A stretch of DNA of 64,000 bases from Asterias rubens (Eukaryota). The notes beneath the pieces were generated by a model that was given only the letters and a program-made list of their open reading frames with translations, ran no database searches and was not told the origin of the DNA. The stretch covers positions 15,167,776 to 15,231,775 of the forward strand of contig NC_047072.1 of NCBI RefSeq assembly GCF_902459465.1, read 5' to 3'. The position numbers were made by a program, and so were the translations under genes. Position 1 is the stretch's first letter. Every line of letters starts with the position of its first letter. Shown here piece by piece: positions 1 through 11,272 of the stretch.

Positions 1-1991
1 TTCAGTTGTTATGTGACTTGATTCAGTGACACTTCCAGCTTGCTTTAGCTCAGACATTGAGTCAACTGCAGTGTTTGCAAAAGCAGAATCTTCTACCTCC
101 TCTTCATCAGACCAACACAAAATGTCAAAACCAACATCTGGAAAGTCACCATCATCATAACTGATTCTTTCCCTCTTGCGAAAGCCGTATGACTTATCTA
201 GAAGTTCCTCATGGTTGGTCTCATCCATACTTCGTTTTCGTTTGTTGCTCTGACACTTTTGGCTGCCTTTTTTTTTTGACCAATCATCACTGTTACCGCT
301 TCCATGCCGTTTCTTTATCCCTGTACTTTTCTTCTTAGACTGATAGATGGTTCTAGGAGGGCTGGTATTGTTGCTTGGGCTCGGTGTTGATTGCATGCTA
401 GTTGACTGAACATCACTTTGCTTTATGCTCCTGCTAAAGCTTGGAGAGCTTTCTAATATAGATGAAGTCAAACTGCTCTCAGCTGTTGAGGTAACTATTT
501 TGGGGTCAGTGTTTTCTGCTGTAGATTCTCCCTTCAGTGTGGACCCTTGTGTTGATTCATTCATCATTTGTTCGCTTGACAAGCCCAGTTTGTCAAATGT
601 TTGAGACAGCATTTCATACGTCTTGTCATCTCTAGGTTTGTGATGTTTGACTTTTGAGACACTAAATTTATTTTTCTTAAACGACAGTTTTAAAGTTTTT
701 GTGTATTTCTGTTGAAGAATAGCCTTTGTCTTATTAAGATGGCTTGATTTTTTGCTGTACTGTCTTACAAAGAGATCGTCTGTGTGTTTCACTTTCTCCA
801 GGATGGGCATTTCTTGATGACTAAGGTCTTCAGACTGAACAGTTAACAATGAGCTTGGCTTCAACTGTGTGTGCTTACTGATGGATTCCAAACATGGTGG
901 CTCCATGGCCAAGTGTAATGACTTGTTAGTTTCATCCATTAGTGAAGCTTTCTCTTCTCTCACCTTGTCTTTTCTTTCTTGAACCTGCTTTTGTTTAACA
1001 CCAGTGCATCCGTCCATACTTGCAGTTGAAGACTCTTTCTCTTTATACTTGGTTACTTTCATAATCTGACTCATCCAGAATTGTTCATCCATGAATCGCT
1101 TTGGTGGCTTAATCTTCCTTGAGAAGCTGCTTCGTCTTCCAGGATGAGCTTTGAGATTATCCTTCCTGATGCGTTCTAATTGCTTACGTGGCAGACTAGT
1201 TCCTGAAAAGCTAATCTTCCCCTTTGCGTCAGTCTCTATTGGGCACTTGATGAGCATTACAACTGGGTTCCACATGGGGTCTTGTTTGACCTTATCTAGA
1301 GAAAGCTTACAAACACTTTCCAGCTCTTTGCACACTTTGAGGCGGAATTCCTTTGAAGTTGATGGAACCTTTTCCAATTCCTTGTCTGTGTTTGGTGGAT
1401 GTGATGAACCTTCTAATGAATATATGTTTAAGTTTTCATCTGATGAATGAGATATGACATTTGTTGATGCATTGGCAGGTACTGATTGGTTTTGGCATGC
1501 TGGAGTTGTGGTAAGGCTATTGAATGAAGGCAAAGTTGCGGTTAGTTTTTTTTCTGGAACGGTTTCTAATGATCCTGGCTTTGCTTGATGTGTTAGACTA
1601 AGCGACTTGCGAATAGCTTGAGTTTGATTCCCAATCATTTTATTTTGTTGACTGGACTTTGGCTTTTGATTTTGAGAATGTGGAGCCTTTCCCTGACAGC
1701 TAATCATTTTCACGACATGTGGTTTTGACTTGAACTTTATTTTCTTCTTGATAGAGCTGTCGGAATTCTTGACTTTTGCAAAGATGTCTTTCTGTAGGTC
1801 TCTATTGGCTTGATCGCTGGAAATGTTGTGTGTAGCTTTAACAGGGCTGGTCATTATCAATCTTTTGTGGCTGGATGGACCGCTCTGAGCAGCAAACTCT
1901 GTCAGTTTACCCAGCAGGGTAGGAGGTAACTTTGGAGAAAGGTTGGGGGCTTTTCTTCTCACTCCAAGTGTTTTCTTCTTACTTGGATGTG
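1..1991 (-). CDS. REV3L: REV3L giant exon (partial, open to window edge): (A)HPSKKKTLGVRRKAPNLSPKLPP...KCPIETDAKGKISFSGTSLPRKQLERIRKDNLKAHPGRRSSFSRKIKPPKRFMDEQFW...SDEEEVEDSAFANTAVDSMSELKQAGSVTESSHITTE
   Basis: Acceptor ttttatttacAG ends at the complement of 1992. A single minus-strand frame stays open for about 1.99 kb to position 1. It is Ser/Lys-rich and disordered, analogous to the roughly 4 kb central exon of vertebrate REV3L. Confidence 0.75.
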
Positions 1992-2285
1992 CTGTAAATA
2001 AAAAAATAAAAAAATAAAAAAATCAAAGTACATTTGTAAAAATGAAACTTAAACTTTAACAATCCAGTCAAAGATAAATTTGATTTGTATCGAAAGGAAG
2101 AAATTTAAATACATTAAAAGTGAGAAAAAAAAACTCAGAACACAACACCATTGGATGCAGAAGATTTGCAGAGAACAGATACTTTTAACTTGATTTAAAA
2201 CGCTCGAGTGATCTGATGTTGAATTATTCCCCTGCGAATGTTTGATCATTCTTAAGAACAAGTAATATGGTAAATATGAGTTTAC

Positions 2286-2380
2286 CTGGTTTGTCATCTG
2301 AGCTGCCATCTAACTGTGGAATGATAACCTGGCTCCCCTGAGTATTGTCTACACTAGATGATACATCATGAGTTGTTTGG
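2286..2380 (-). CDS. REV3L: REV3L exon 14: (S)QTTHDVSSSVDNTQGSQVIIPQLDGSSDDKP
   Basis: Acceptor ttttattcAG, donor GTAAAC. Phase 2 in, phase 1 out. Confidence 0.6.
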
Positions 2381-2908
2381 CTGAATAAAAGATGAATATC
2401 ATATTGTTAGCCAGGCTACCTTAACCATCAGTAGCACAAGAGACATTTTTTCTACTAGCACCTTACTATACCTATAAACAAATGTGAGAAATTGAAACGT
2501 GAATATTTTTTCCTCTTTGTGATTGCTTGTGGAATCTGTCTCCATATCAAGCTTGAGTGTAAGTATAATGCCACAACAACATGAAGATTTTAACTACTTT
2601 TATCCCTAGAGTTGACAACCGTTCCACAATTTGTTTCAGTAACCTCGGAAACATGCCAAAAGCATTCCGCACTAATGCTTAAAATAGAAGTTAAGTACCC
2701 AGATCAAATTTCACTAGCGGGCGTCTACAGCCAAATTGTATGTTACTCGCAACTAACTACACTACTAGTGCAGTTTGGCGTGTCGATGACGGAGTGATCG
2801 CGTAGGTGGTGTGCCATGTTTGTCTAACAGCTGGTTATTTTAACAGAAGTGATGTCAGTAGTGTGGGGTGCTATTGAGGCAATTTATCCATTGATTGTCT
2901 TGGTGTAC

Positions 2909-3107
2909 CTTTGTTGAGTAGGTGTCTCATCATCATCATCGTCTCCATCCCAAGCCTGAGACATCTCTAAGGATTCCTTCACATCCTCATCTACACATCC
3001 TTCCTTTCCATCCTCCGTCTGCTGACTAGAGAGAATACTTCCATCTTCAGCAGTCTCTTTACCTTGAGCTAAGTCTACAAGAAGCTGAACCAACTCTCCA
3101 TCTTCAT
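2909..3107 (-). CDS. REV3L: REV3L exon 13: (D)EDGELVQLLVDLAQGKETAEDGSILSSQQTEDGKEGCVDEDVKESLEMSQAWDGDDDDDETPTQQ
   Basis: Acceptor ttttttatcAG, donor GTACAC. Phase 1 in, phase 2 out. Confidence 0.65.
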
Positions 3108-3623
3108 CTGATAAAAAACAAACACATTCAAGTACTCAGAATTGCTGATTATTGTTCAAATGGAATTTATGTATGAGTGAAGGTACAGGGGCTGATTTCA
3201 CATAGAGCTGAGATTGATCTTACTTAAAAATAAATCGCTGTTGCTAAGTAAAGTGTGATGTCACAATACAAATCACTATTGTGATACTGATAAATTGTCT
3301 TACGATGGATTTTATTGCTTTGTGAAATCAAGCCCTGGCAGCGTAAGATGTTTTCAGAGAGCATCATGTCACAATATTCAAGTTCCTGCCGAACAGTCTA
3401 CACAAACATTTTTAACTAAGATTCAACTTAGTCAAATTCTCTCTACTTGGATCAAATTAATTACTTCAAGACTCTGACTTTGACCTCATAGGAATTAAGA
3501 CTAAACAGGTCATAGACACTGGTGACACTCGTCAAAATAGACTGTTTATCAATCACATTTTGAAATCGTACATAAGGTATTCACAGAAGTTAAACTACTT
3601 GCACAGGGTCGGAGTAATCTTAC

Positions 3624-3737
3624 CTGCCATTTGAGAGAATTGACCGCTGTGCTGAGATGCTTCAACCAGTGACTGTACTAATTCCTCATCAATGATTGGC
3701 TGCGAATCTTCTGGTGTCACAACGGAACTCTCATCTC
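3624..3737 (-). CDS. REV3L: REV3L exon 12: (G)DESSVVTPEDSQPIIDEELVQSLVEASQHSGQFSQMA
   Basis: Acceptor aatttctgttcAG, donor GTAAGA. Phases consistent. Confidence 0.65.
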
Positions 3738-4353
3738 CTGAACAGAAATTAAAACAAACGAACCCAGACTTGACAATTTGACAACCAAATAGAAAAGTAG
3801 GCAACTAAAAAAAATTATGATTAAGGCCACACCTTAGCCAAACTGCCAAGTCTGTGAGGGTATTAATATAATGTTCATAAAAAGGAAGGCGGCCGGTACT
3901 ACGTGTACTACTTTCACATATGCAGGGGTGAGAGTCATTACTAACGAAAAAGTCTGAAACTTGGAAACAAATTCAAAGGTATGTTGAAATAATGCCGTTT
4001 CTAACATTTGGTAACCCCCTGGGGTTATAGATTCCAAGGAGCTTTTGGAAACAGTATCCAAAGCACTAGAGAAGTAGACCAATGAGCAGGATTGCTTTAT
4101 TTGTGGGAAAAAATAATGTCTGATTTTCTTCACCAGGCCGACATAAAAAGTCTGAATTCAGCCAAAAGTCTGAACAATCTCATCCCATCCCTGCATATGG
4201 GATCAAAGGGACTTTTCATTATTAACTAAACTGCCTCAGAGTAAATTCTTAATATTGGCCCCAACATTTCATCTAGTTTGCTCTAGTTAAAACTAAGAGA
4301 CGTTGAAACTAGTTGAAACTGGGAGATGTTAGGAGACTGTACAATCATCATAC

Positions 4354-4475
4354 CTGCATATTGGGAATCATGTTGAATGATTTGACTAGCAGTCAGTAAT
4401 GGCTCTGCCATGGTGTCATGAAGCTCACTATCATCTTCGTCTTTGTCTTCTTCATCTTCTCCAACCATTGCTCTC
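4354..4475 (-). CDS. REV3L: REV3L exon 11: (L)RAMVGEDEEDKDEDDSELHDTMAEPLLTASQIIQHDSQYA
   Basis: Acceptor tgtttgtttattAG, donor GTATGA. Acidic disordered segment. Phases consistent. Confidence 0.65.
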
Positions 4476-4948
4476 CTAATAAACAAACATTGAATACCAC
4501 AACTCAGCACACAGCTCATTCAGTCAAAAATAAACCAGTCAAAAGTATCGCAAGCCTATAGTATATGATAATAATTTAATAATGGCTTTTGTTATAATGC
4601 ACAGACCCATCTTTCAGTGATGCTTATGGTTCTCCAACATTACTAACCCTGCCCACTGGGCCATTTATTTCATAAACAATTTCAGCTCCCTTGTGAGTGT
4701 ACTGCCAAATATGCGCACTAAACTAAATCACTATAAACCACAAGGGAAACTGACTGGGTAAATTTTGAAATGATTTTTGGGGTTGAACAAATTACGATAC
4801 AACCTGGGAAGCGGCAGCCAGGGGATCCCCTTAAGGGGATGCGACTTTTTTGGGTGTGATCCCTGGCTACACGGCAATTAACGGTTGTATGGCTTCTGAC
4901 TTGCACCCCGGAACAAAGATATTGAAAAAATAGGGAACCGCCAACATA

Positions 4949-5020
4949 GGGCTAGATAGCTCAGTTGGTAGAGTGCCGGCATGTAATCCGGAGGTCGTTG
5001 GTTCAAATCCCACTCTAGTA
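4949..5020 (+). tRNA. tRNA-like sequence (probable tRNA-derived SINE head or tRNA pseudogene) inside a REV3L intron
   Basis: GGGCTAGATAGCTCAGTTGGTAGAGTGCCGGCATGTAATCCGGAGGTCGTTGGTTCAAATCCCACTCTAGTA has D-arm (GCTCAGTTGGTAGAG) and T-arm (GGTTCAAATCC) consensus. The acceptor stem is imperfect and the anticodon stem is 4 bp with an 8-nt loop. Related copies occur at 27115-27188, 11226-11272 (-) and 14188-14232 (-), so this is a repeat family rather than a unique tRNA gene. Confidence 0.4.
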
Positions 5021-5236
5021 AGTTCTTTGTTCAACCCCAAAAATCATTTCTAAACTAAGTCAATCACAAGAACCATCTCTGCCCTCACAAGTGCCCTTTC
5101 ACATCATTGAGTCATTATGAACATGTGATGGTGCACCGCTAAACCCACTGCAGTTTCAATGAACCATCTTTGAATTTATCTTTCAATTTGTGACACATTT
5201 GTGAGAACATCTGCACAGTCTGGTACCTGTACTTAC

Positions 5237-5321
5237 AATTCACTGAGTTGCTTGTCAATGATGTCACTTAGTCTGGTCTTGCCATGCAGTTCACTGTCTG
5301 TGTCCTCTATCAACCCTCGTT
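5237..5321 (-). CDS. REV3L: REV3L exon 10: (E)RGLIEDTDSELHGKTRLSDIIDKQLSE
   Basis: Acceptor ttttttgacAG, donor GTAAGT. Phase 1 in, phase 2 out. Consistent with its neighbours. Confidence 0.65.
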
Positions 5322-5619
5322 CTGTCAAAAAAGTAACGTCATATGTCAAATATGTTGATTAAACAAATTAATTTCTGGCAAAGTGTATAACATCTTATCA
5401 AAAGTATAAGCAATTGAAACAATTTTGGGATGTACAGTACTTGGCTTAGGTAGGTCAAAACAATCTTTGAATTTCTTTTAATTTGTTTTCTCTTTCTTAA
5501 AAGTACATTTCAAATTAAGCTGAACTTTTGAGTTGTAGGTCTTTTTAGAATCTTAAGATGAGGATCATAGCATTGATGCCATTAAAGGAAGCACTTTGAC
5601 TGTTAATTCCAAACCTAAC

Positions 5620-5724
5620 CTGGTGATGATGGTGGATGGAGGACATCTAGTTGACCTTTGACCTCTCTCCTTTCCCTCTCTTCATTATAAATAGCAAGGA
5701 GTCCAGGGTTCATTTCAGTATTTC
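5620..5724 (-). CDS. REV3L: REV3L exon 9: (G)NTEMNPGLLAIYNEERERREVKGQLDVLHPPSSP
   Basis: Acceptor ttttgtttttAG, donor GTTAGG. Similar to human 'GNPGLEAIWEDEKQRRR'. Phase consistent. Confidence 0.7.
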
Positions 5725-5817
5725 CTAAAAACAAAACCAAACAAGAACAAAACGCATTTGTTTTTTCACCTTTCAAACATTTTGCATATACAAACAAAAC
5801 AACTAAACAATAATTAC

Positions 5818-5915
5818 CTTGTAATTCATGACGATTTAAGATATCCGTGGCAACAGCATCCACCTCTAGTTCACAGACACTCTGCCTCTGAATGTCAGCA
5901 TCAAGTAGTAAAGCA
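5818..5915 (-). CDS. REV3L: REV3L exon 8: (S)ALLLDADIQRQSVCELEVDAVATDILNRHELQ
   Basis: Acceptor cattttgttgaAG, donor GTAATT. Matches human 'SLILEGVEPQSTCELEVDAVAADILNRLD'. Confidence 0.75.
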
Positions 5916-6359
5916 CTTCAACAAAATGAGGACAAAAAACATGAAAGTCATTTCAAGTTTGCAGGCATATAAATTGGAAAGCTTCAACCATACTTGATAA
6001 CTTGAAGGAGATATTTTCAGTATGTTTACATCATGAAACACAAGCAGATCCTAGTGTTCATTTATCTACAATGTAAGTATGGGATTGTAATTAACCAATG
6101 TCATTTCATTGACTAGATTATTGACATCTGGGATATTCATCTACTGACCCAAATTCACCTTACATCATCACCACAGTAGCCTTAGTTGCTCCATCTTGAG
6201 AGTCAATGTTCCAGTGTGTCATCAAAAATAATGTACATTTTAGGAGACGGTGTGTTTCCACTCACCAAAATGGCGAGTGTGGCAGACAGGAGCTGCGTCT
6301 ACATTGGTGGAAAGGGTCAAACAATTGAAGTACATCTTTTGCAAACTGTGATACATACC

Positions 6360-6462
6360 TTGTCATGTTGTCCTTGTTCCATTTTTGTGAGCTGATAGAG
6401 TGACTAGACTGGGCAGACCCGATGCTGATTGGCTGTGTATCTTGTGAGCGAACTTCACTATC
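6360..6462 (-). CDS. REV3L: REV3L exon 7 (5' boundary approximate): ...DSEVRSQDTQPISIGSAQSSHSISSQKWNKDNMT(R/S)
   Basis: This is the only open frame reaching the donor GTATGT (exon ends 6360). Its phase-2 exit fits the exon-8 acceptor. The acceptor is probably near 6460 (gatccgaAG). Confidence 0.45.
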
Positions 6463-6489
6463 CACTTCGGATCATAAACCAAACAGAAT

Positions 6490-6690
6490 TACTTATTATT
6501 TGCTCCCAAGATGTTCATAAATGACACTGCATCATCAAGGACATTATGGAAGGTTTGTGGTAACACCATGTAATGACTATCTCTGAATGAGTTGGGGTGG
6601 TTCTGAAAAGAACCATTGGTTTCAACTCGACGTTTGGTATGCTCTGATTTTCTTCTGGAGAAAGCTGGACTTTTTTTCAAGGACATTAAA
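6490..6690 (-). CDS. REV3L: REV3L exon 6 (boundaries unresolved): ...FSRRKSEHTKRRVETNGSFQNHPNSFRDSHYMVLPQTFHNVLDDAVSFMNILGANNK
   Basis: The open frame is contiguous with exon 5 phase and contains 'RRKS' as in human 'KARRKSNTLHATG...'. I could not place a phase-compatible donor before the in-frame TAA at 6489-6491. A cryptic donor or sequence error is possible. Confidence 0.4.
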
Positions 6691-6733
6691 TGATGTAGGA
6701 GAATCACTCAGACATGATGGGATTCCAACTTAC

Positions 6734-6815
6734 CACTTTGTTCTTGACCGCAACGGAACTTGACTGCGGCTAGATGAATCAAATTCATCCCAAAGAGATT
6801 GTAATCGATCAAGAA
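6734..6815 (-). CDS. REV3L: REV3L exon 5: FLIDYNLFGMNLIHLAAVKFRCGQEQS
   Basis: Acceptor ttctcattgacAG, donor GTAAGT. Matches human 'LFIDYNLYGMNLINLAAVKFRKARRKS'. Phase 0 in, phase 1 out. Confidence 0.8.
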
Positions 6816-7180
6816 CTGTCAATGAGAAATGAAAATTCTCTTCAGTAAAGACCATTATTTAGGACAAATACAGGCTGGGGACTAAGTTCATATTACCAAT
6901 CTTATTCATGGATTCCGTTGATCCAAAATGTGTTGAGGCATCGCAGGTGCAAGACAAGTGGAACACAAGACACATTCTTGGATGAAAAATATGGATTTCA
7001 TAATGTGAGGTACAGTACACTATTTTGACCAAACAACTGTATCCCAGTTTGACTAGATATACAGTATACTTCAAATTTAGAACATTTGTGCGAGCTTCAA
7101 ACCACTACAATATATGAGTAGCTTATAGACTAATACCTTAAGGGTCAATAATAAGTGATTAAAAACAAAAGGAGTCTTAC

Positions 7181-7262
7181 TTGCAGGATGTATGGAATGT
7201 GAGCTTCATGAGGTTGGAATACTTTGTTCATAACAGCACCACTCTGCAACAGCTCCACAGCC
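7181..7262 (-). CDS. REV3L: REV3L exon 4: (R)AVELLQSGAVMNKVFQPHEAHIPYILQ
   Basis: Acceptor ttaattgacAG, donor GTAAGA. Matches human 'ICELLQSGAIMNKFYQPHEAHIPYLLQ'. Confidence 0.8.
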
Positions 7263-7929
7263 CTGTCAATTAATTCAAGTCAATATTTCATTGTCTGGGA
7301 TCTAAATGCAATATGTCATCTTAAAACTTTCCTACTGTGGTAACATTTTCCAATTAGTTGATCAACCCTTTCAAACCAATTACATGGTACATAACACACA
7401 TGTTAGCCGATTTATATGTAAAACTTATACATTGCATACATTTTTCAGAATGACATTTTTTTATATCATTCCAAACCCAGTGGATGATACTGAATGGTCA
7501 GACAATAGGTGGTTTGACCGATTGAGTAGATGCATTCAACACATGATATTTTGCAGGTTCAAGCGAGGATTGCGATAGCAACATGTGTACATCTCTTTCG
7601 AGTAGCCGCCCAACTACCAGTTAATCTCCAAAGCAATACTTAAGCAGCATCCAGCCACCTCTTAAAGACAATCAGAACATACTGATCGAAACATTGAGTT
7701 GTCATCCACCAGTTCTTCTCAGAACCAACTCTACTTAAAAGAGATTTACACATAGTAGTTTGTCAATCATCAAAATGACTGTGGATGAAATTGAATAGTC
7801 AGACAGCAGGAGGGTTAATACTTGTTCCTCTCATAAAATCATGGCTGGCTTATAACTTAACTTCTTTCAAGTTTTATCTTCATAAAACATGAACAGAATT
7901 AATATTTATGAAGAAATGTAATTACTTAC

Positions 7930-8004
7930 CTTTTTACCATGAATGGGTTATAGAAATAAACTTTGAGAAACCTCCTGGATCTACTGTGATATCCATACAT
8001 CGGC
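7930..8004 (-). CDS. REV3L: REV3L exon 3: (V)PMYGYHSRSRRFLKVYFYNPFMVK(R)
   Basis: Acceptor tttacttcacAG, donor GTAAGT. Matches human 'MPFYGYHEKERHFMKIYLYNPTMVKR'. Phases are consistent with exons 2 and 4. Confidence 0.8.
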
Positions 8005-8503
8005 CTGTGAAGTAAACAAAAACACTTCTTTAGGTATTTATTTATAACAACTGTCTACAAAGGCTGTCATATTTTAGGAATTGTATGTAGTTTAGCAGAT
8101 TGAGAGGTTATCTCAAAGAAAGATTTAAAACAAACTGAAAATCGGCTTGCTCTATAATTTATATTATATTCATAAACACTTGGGATGGCTTACCCATTGG
8201 TTGAGAGGATCACGTGGCCATGTGTTGCGATATAAACAAATTGAGAAACGTTTAAACAGCGGTTTTAAACCTTGCAGGGTCGTGGCCGTGGGATAATGGA
8301 CCAATCCGAGGTGCTTTATTGCAAGGTCATGACCCTGCCAGTTTTACATATATGGCTCTTTAACACCTTGTCGCTACTCTTTGTTCCCTCATTAAATCTT
8401 CCAACAGGCAGACTGATGTAATAACTTATTTACTTCCCCTTGACCTTGAACCTCCTTGTCAAACTAGCACTAAAGAAAGGGATCAAATCTTCCTTCAACT
8501 TAC

Positions 8504-8693
8504 ACTGCTTGTACACATATGGCTTTGAACACATGATGTGTGTTACCAGACGCTTTTCCCATAGACACCTGTAATGCAAGATCTAGACTGGTGGCAAACT
8601 GAAGAAGTTCCCTGTCAGTAGTGAAGTCTTGAGGAGTACACCCAATGTAGATGTATGGGAACACACCATGGATGTGCAAACATGTCTTTTGCC
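8504..8693 (-). CDS. REV3L: REV3L exon 2: (G)QKTCLHIHGVFPYIYIGCTPQDFTTDRELLQFATSLDLALQVSMGKASGNTHHVFKAICVQA
   Basis: Acceptor ttctaattcaAG, donor GTAAGT. Phase 1 in, phase 2 out. Homologous to human 'GQKTCLHLHGIFPYLYVPYDGYG...AQHVFKVSLVSG'. Confidence 0.8.
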
Positions 8694-8834
8694 CTTGAAT
8701 TAGAAAAGAAGAACACTTAATTAGTCTCAACAGTATTCATATGGATCTTTGGAATGTTATTAAGAAAGGAGATTATAGATGAAATGAAAACCTAAACATA
8801 AAAGTGCATTTATGTTAATTCTTTGACATCATAC

Positions 8835-8973
8835 CAGCTGGAGTTGCTCCAAATATACGGAGAACTGGAACCTGCTTGACCTCTGACCCTCGGAAATCAG
8901 AGAAAGCAACATCGAGGTCCCTGATTGGCTGACCCTGATAGTAGTTGACTGTCACGATCCGAACTGAAAACAT
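8835..8973 (-). CDS. REV3L: REV3L exon 1 (coding part): MFSVRIVTVNYYQGQPIRDLDVAFSDFRGSEVKQVPVLRIFGATPAG
   Basis: ATG is the complement of 8971-8973. The donor GTATGA starts at the complement of 8834. Matches the human REV3L N-terminus. A candidate acceptor (cccttgcAG) lies about 12 nt upstream of the ATG, suggesting a separate 5'UTR exon. Confidence 0.8.
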
Positions 8974-9156
8974 GGTTTTGATGTTCTCTACTGCAAGGGT
9001 TGGCTCATCTTGTCATTTTCTCTCTGTAATAGAATAAACAAAATAGGAAAAATACTAAATTAAATATGATAATGTTAGCGTGAATGTTCATTTGTGTTGA
9101 TAGTAAGATACAATTTAGGTAAACCTTTGATCACAACACTAACAAAAATTTCATAC

Positions 9157-9232
9157 CTGACATTTGGACCGACACTTTGGTCTTCATCAGCAGGATGATG
9201 CTGATGTTGATTCCGTGACACACAATGAACAT
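9157..9232 (-). other. REV3L: Candidate non-coding 5' exon of REV3L with a short upstream ATG
   Basis: The minus strand reads ...ATGAAGACCAAAGTGTCGGTCCAAATGTCAG|GTATGA, a canonical donor. A strong acceptor (gccaacccttgcAG) lies 12 nt upstream of the main ATG at 8973. No transcript evidence is available. Confidence 0.25.
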
Positions 9233-11225
9233 TGTATTTAATGGTGTTTATGCTTTATAAATGTGCGCATAACATTTGTGGTTTTATAGTCTTTCTGATT
9301 AAATTAATTAAATCCTAACATAACATGGTGCAATTATTTTGTCTTTCAATTTTGTTGTGTTCTTTAAATGAACATAAATCAGGAGAACTTGCAACCAGCA
9401 CTCTGTAGCCCTGTACATTGTATTATTTAAACACGCACTTAACCCAACCCCTTTATCCATCTACGAACATACTTTCCCCAAACTAAAAAAGCTATATCAG
9501 TACAAAGTGATGAAACGCATTACCAACAAACCTGCCCCTTACAGTAGCAACAAGATGTGTTGTGTACTGCCCACTGATTATTCAAGCAGATTATTGATTC
9601 ATTAAATTATTGGTTTGATAAAATATTAACAAAAAAATGCTGGTAGTTTTAATGAACGCTTTTTCCATAGTTGACAATTGATATTATTTTAGTCGACACT
9701 ACCACTTTACTATCTACTTGTTAAACAACAGGTGTTGACCACTCCCTTGCCAAACATCAAATCTATACTGAACATCACTAAACTACAAAGATCCACATGG
9801 CCTACCTCTTGAATGAATATCACAATTGCACTTAAATATCTAACCACTTCCAATTAACTGCTCTCTGCTAACTCAATACATTTCTGCCGACTTGATAAAT
9901 TCAAGATGGTTTTCCTTGATTGTTCCATACATTTAGATATAAACAGTTTAACATGCAGAACTCAGCAATAAATTAACCCAGACAAGACAAACAATTCCTG
10001 TGTCATTGTCTTGCTTCAAAGATTCCTTTTTCAAAGCTACATGTACATAGTCACTGAAGGTCATGTGTGTGTCAGCCTTTACAGCTTCATGTTCAAATGC
10101 TGCATAGAGACAATCAATCCAATGGAGGTACTAATTCATCACAATTTACAGTATGATTCTAGTACATCACTTGGCAGTATACGTACACATTGCTCCAAGA
10201 TGTCATCCTCTGACTCCACTGTTTACACAATAAAGGGTCTTTCAAATCATCCGGTTATTCTGTCTTTATCGATGTAATTATACGGATGTCATGGCAACTG
10301 GATGACCGTATCCGTAAACTTGGGTGAAATAAACCCTTAATATAAAAGTAATTGTGGGCTATTATTAGCGCTGCCAAACACTACAGGTATAAAATATTGG
10401 ACGTCTGGTGTTTCTACAAGAACCTCTGTTACCATGACAATGCTTTATCAGATCATTAGGAAATGCATCCATATAGTATTATGTGTACATCATGGTAGGT
10501 TTGATGGAAATACTTAAGTAAGGTATATTTTCTGGTTACTTGTCACATTGTTTGTTTATAGTGAGAAAAATATTTAGGACCTTGAAATTTATGACATAAT
10601 TTTGCAGACATATTTGATAAAGCATTGACCAACAAAATTTTAGTTTTATAAAATCTTATGCACAGAACTCTTAACTAAACCAATTTGATATTGTATAATG
10701 CAACAATGTGATTCAGATTGTTAAAACAAATCTTAAATATTTTTGCATTTGACATCCACATGTTCTCTTTTTCTTCAGGAATAAACTCAATATTATTTGA
10801 GGAAAGTATGGTCTGAGGAAAGGTCTAAGCACCTTGATGCCAGTTTAAAATGATGTATAAATCATAAACAAGTATGAAAAGGAAAACTAATAATTATGTG
10901 TATTAAATGTTTTTGTAATCATGACAAATGCATCACAAAAACCTAGCTGTATAGATTCCTGTGCATGCAGTATACCCAAACAATGAATATTTGCCCATAA
11001 AAAAAATAATTCCACTACTGATCCATCTATAGTTTGGTTTATTTTAATGGATGCAAAACTGTTTAGGTTTCCCTCTGTGCCTTTTCAAGTTTTTTTGTGA
11101 CATTATTTCCATGAAACATACTGTATCTTGTTCTGTATTTAAAATCCAGAATAGACAATTTATATTACTTAACCAAGGAATTTTGGATGGAACAAAGAGT
11201 CAGGAATGGAACCTGCAGGTCTCCA

Positions 11226-11272
11226 AATTAATGAGCCGGCACTCTACCAACTGGGCTATCTATCCCCACCTC
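11226..11272 (-). mobile_element. tRNA-derived SINE fragment (same family as 4949-5020)
   Basis: The reverse complement of 'gagccggcactctaccaactgggctatctatcccc' matches the 5' half of the tRNA-like unit. Confidence 0.5.

Larger units (their letters stand above)
1..8973 (-). other. REV3L: Gene span: REV3L-like (DNA polymerase zeta catalytic subunit), 5'/N-terminal part; gene continues beyond window start
   Basis: Ordered minus-strand exons translate to MFSVRIVTVNYYQG..., GQKTCLHIHGVFPYIYIG..., PMYGYHSRSRRFLKVYFYNPFMVKR, AVELLQSGAVMNKVFQPHEAHIPYILQ, FLIDYNLFGMNLIHLAAVKFR, ...QSVCELEVDAVATDILNR... These are colinear with the human REV3L N-terminus as I recall it (MFSVRIVTADYY.../GQKTCLHLHGIFPYLYV/PFYGYHEKERHFMKIYLYNPTMVKR/ICELLQSGAIMNKFYQPHEAHIPYLLQ/LFIDYNLYGMNLINLAAVKFR/STCELEVDAVAADILNR). 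The gene ends in a giant open exon, as in vertebrate REV3L. Confidence 0.85.

Noticed and set aside
1151-1450. Plus-strand ORF (99 aa) and several other short ORFs across 1-2000
   Set aside because: They lie antisense to the about 2 kb open REV3L exon, which has strong family homology in the minus frame. They have no homology and are not considered genes.
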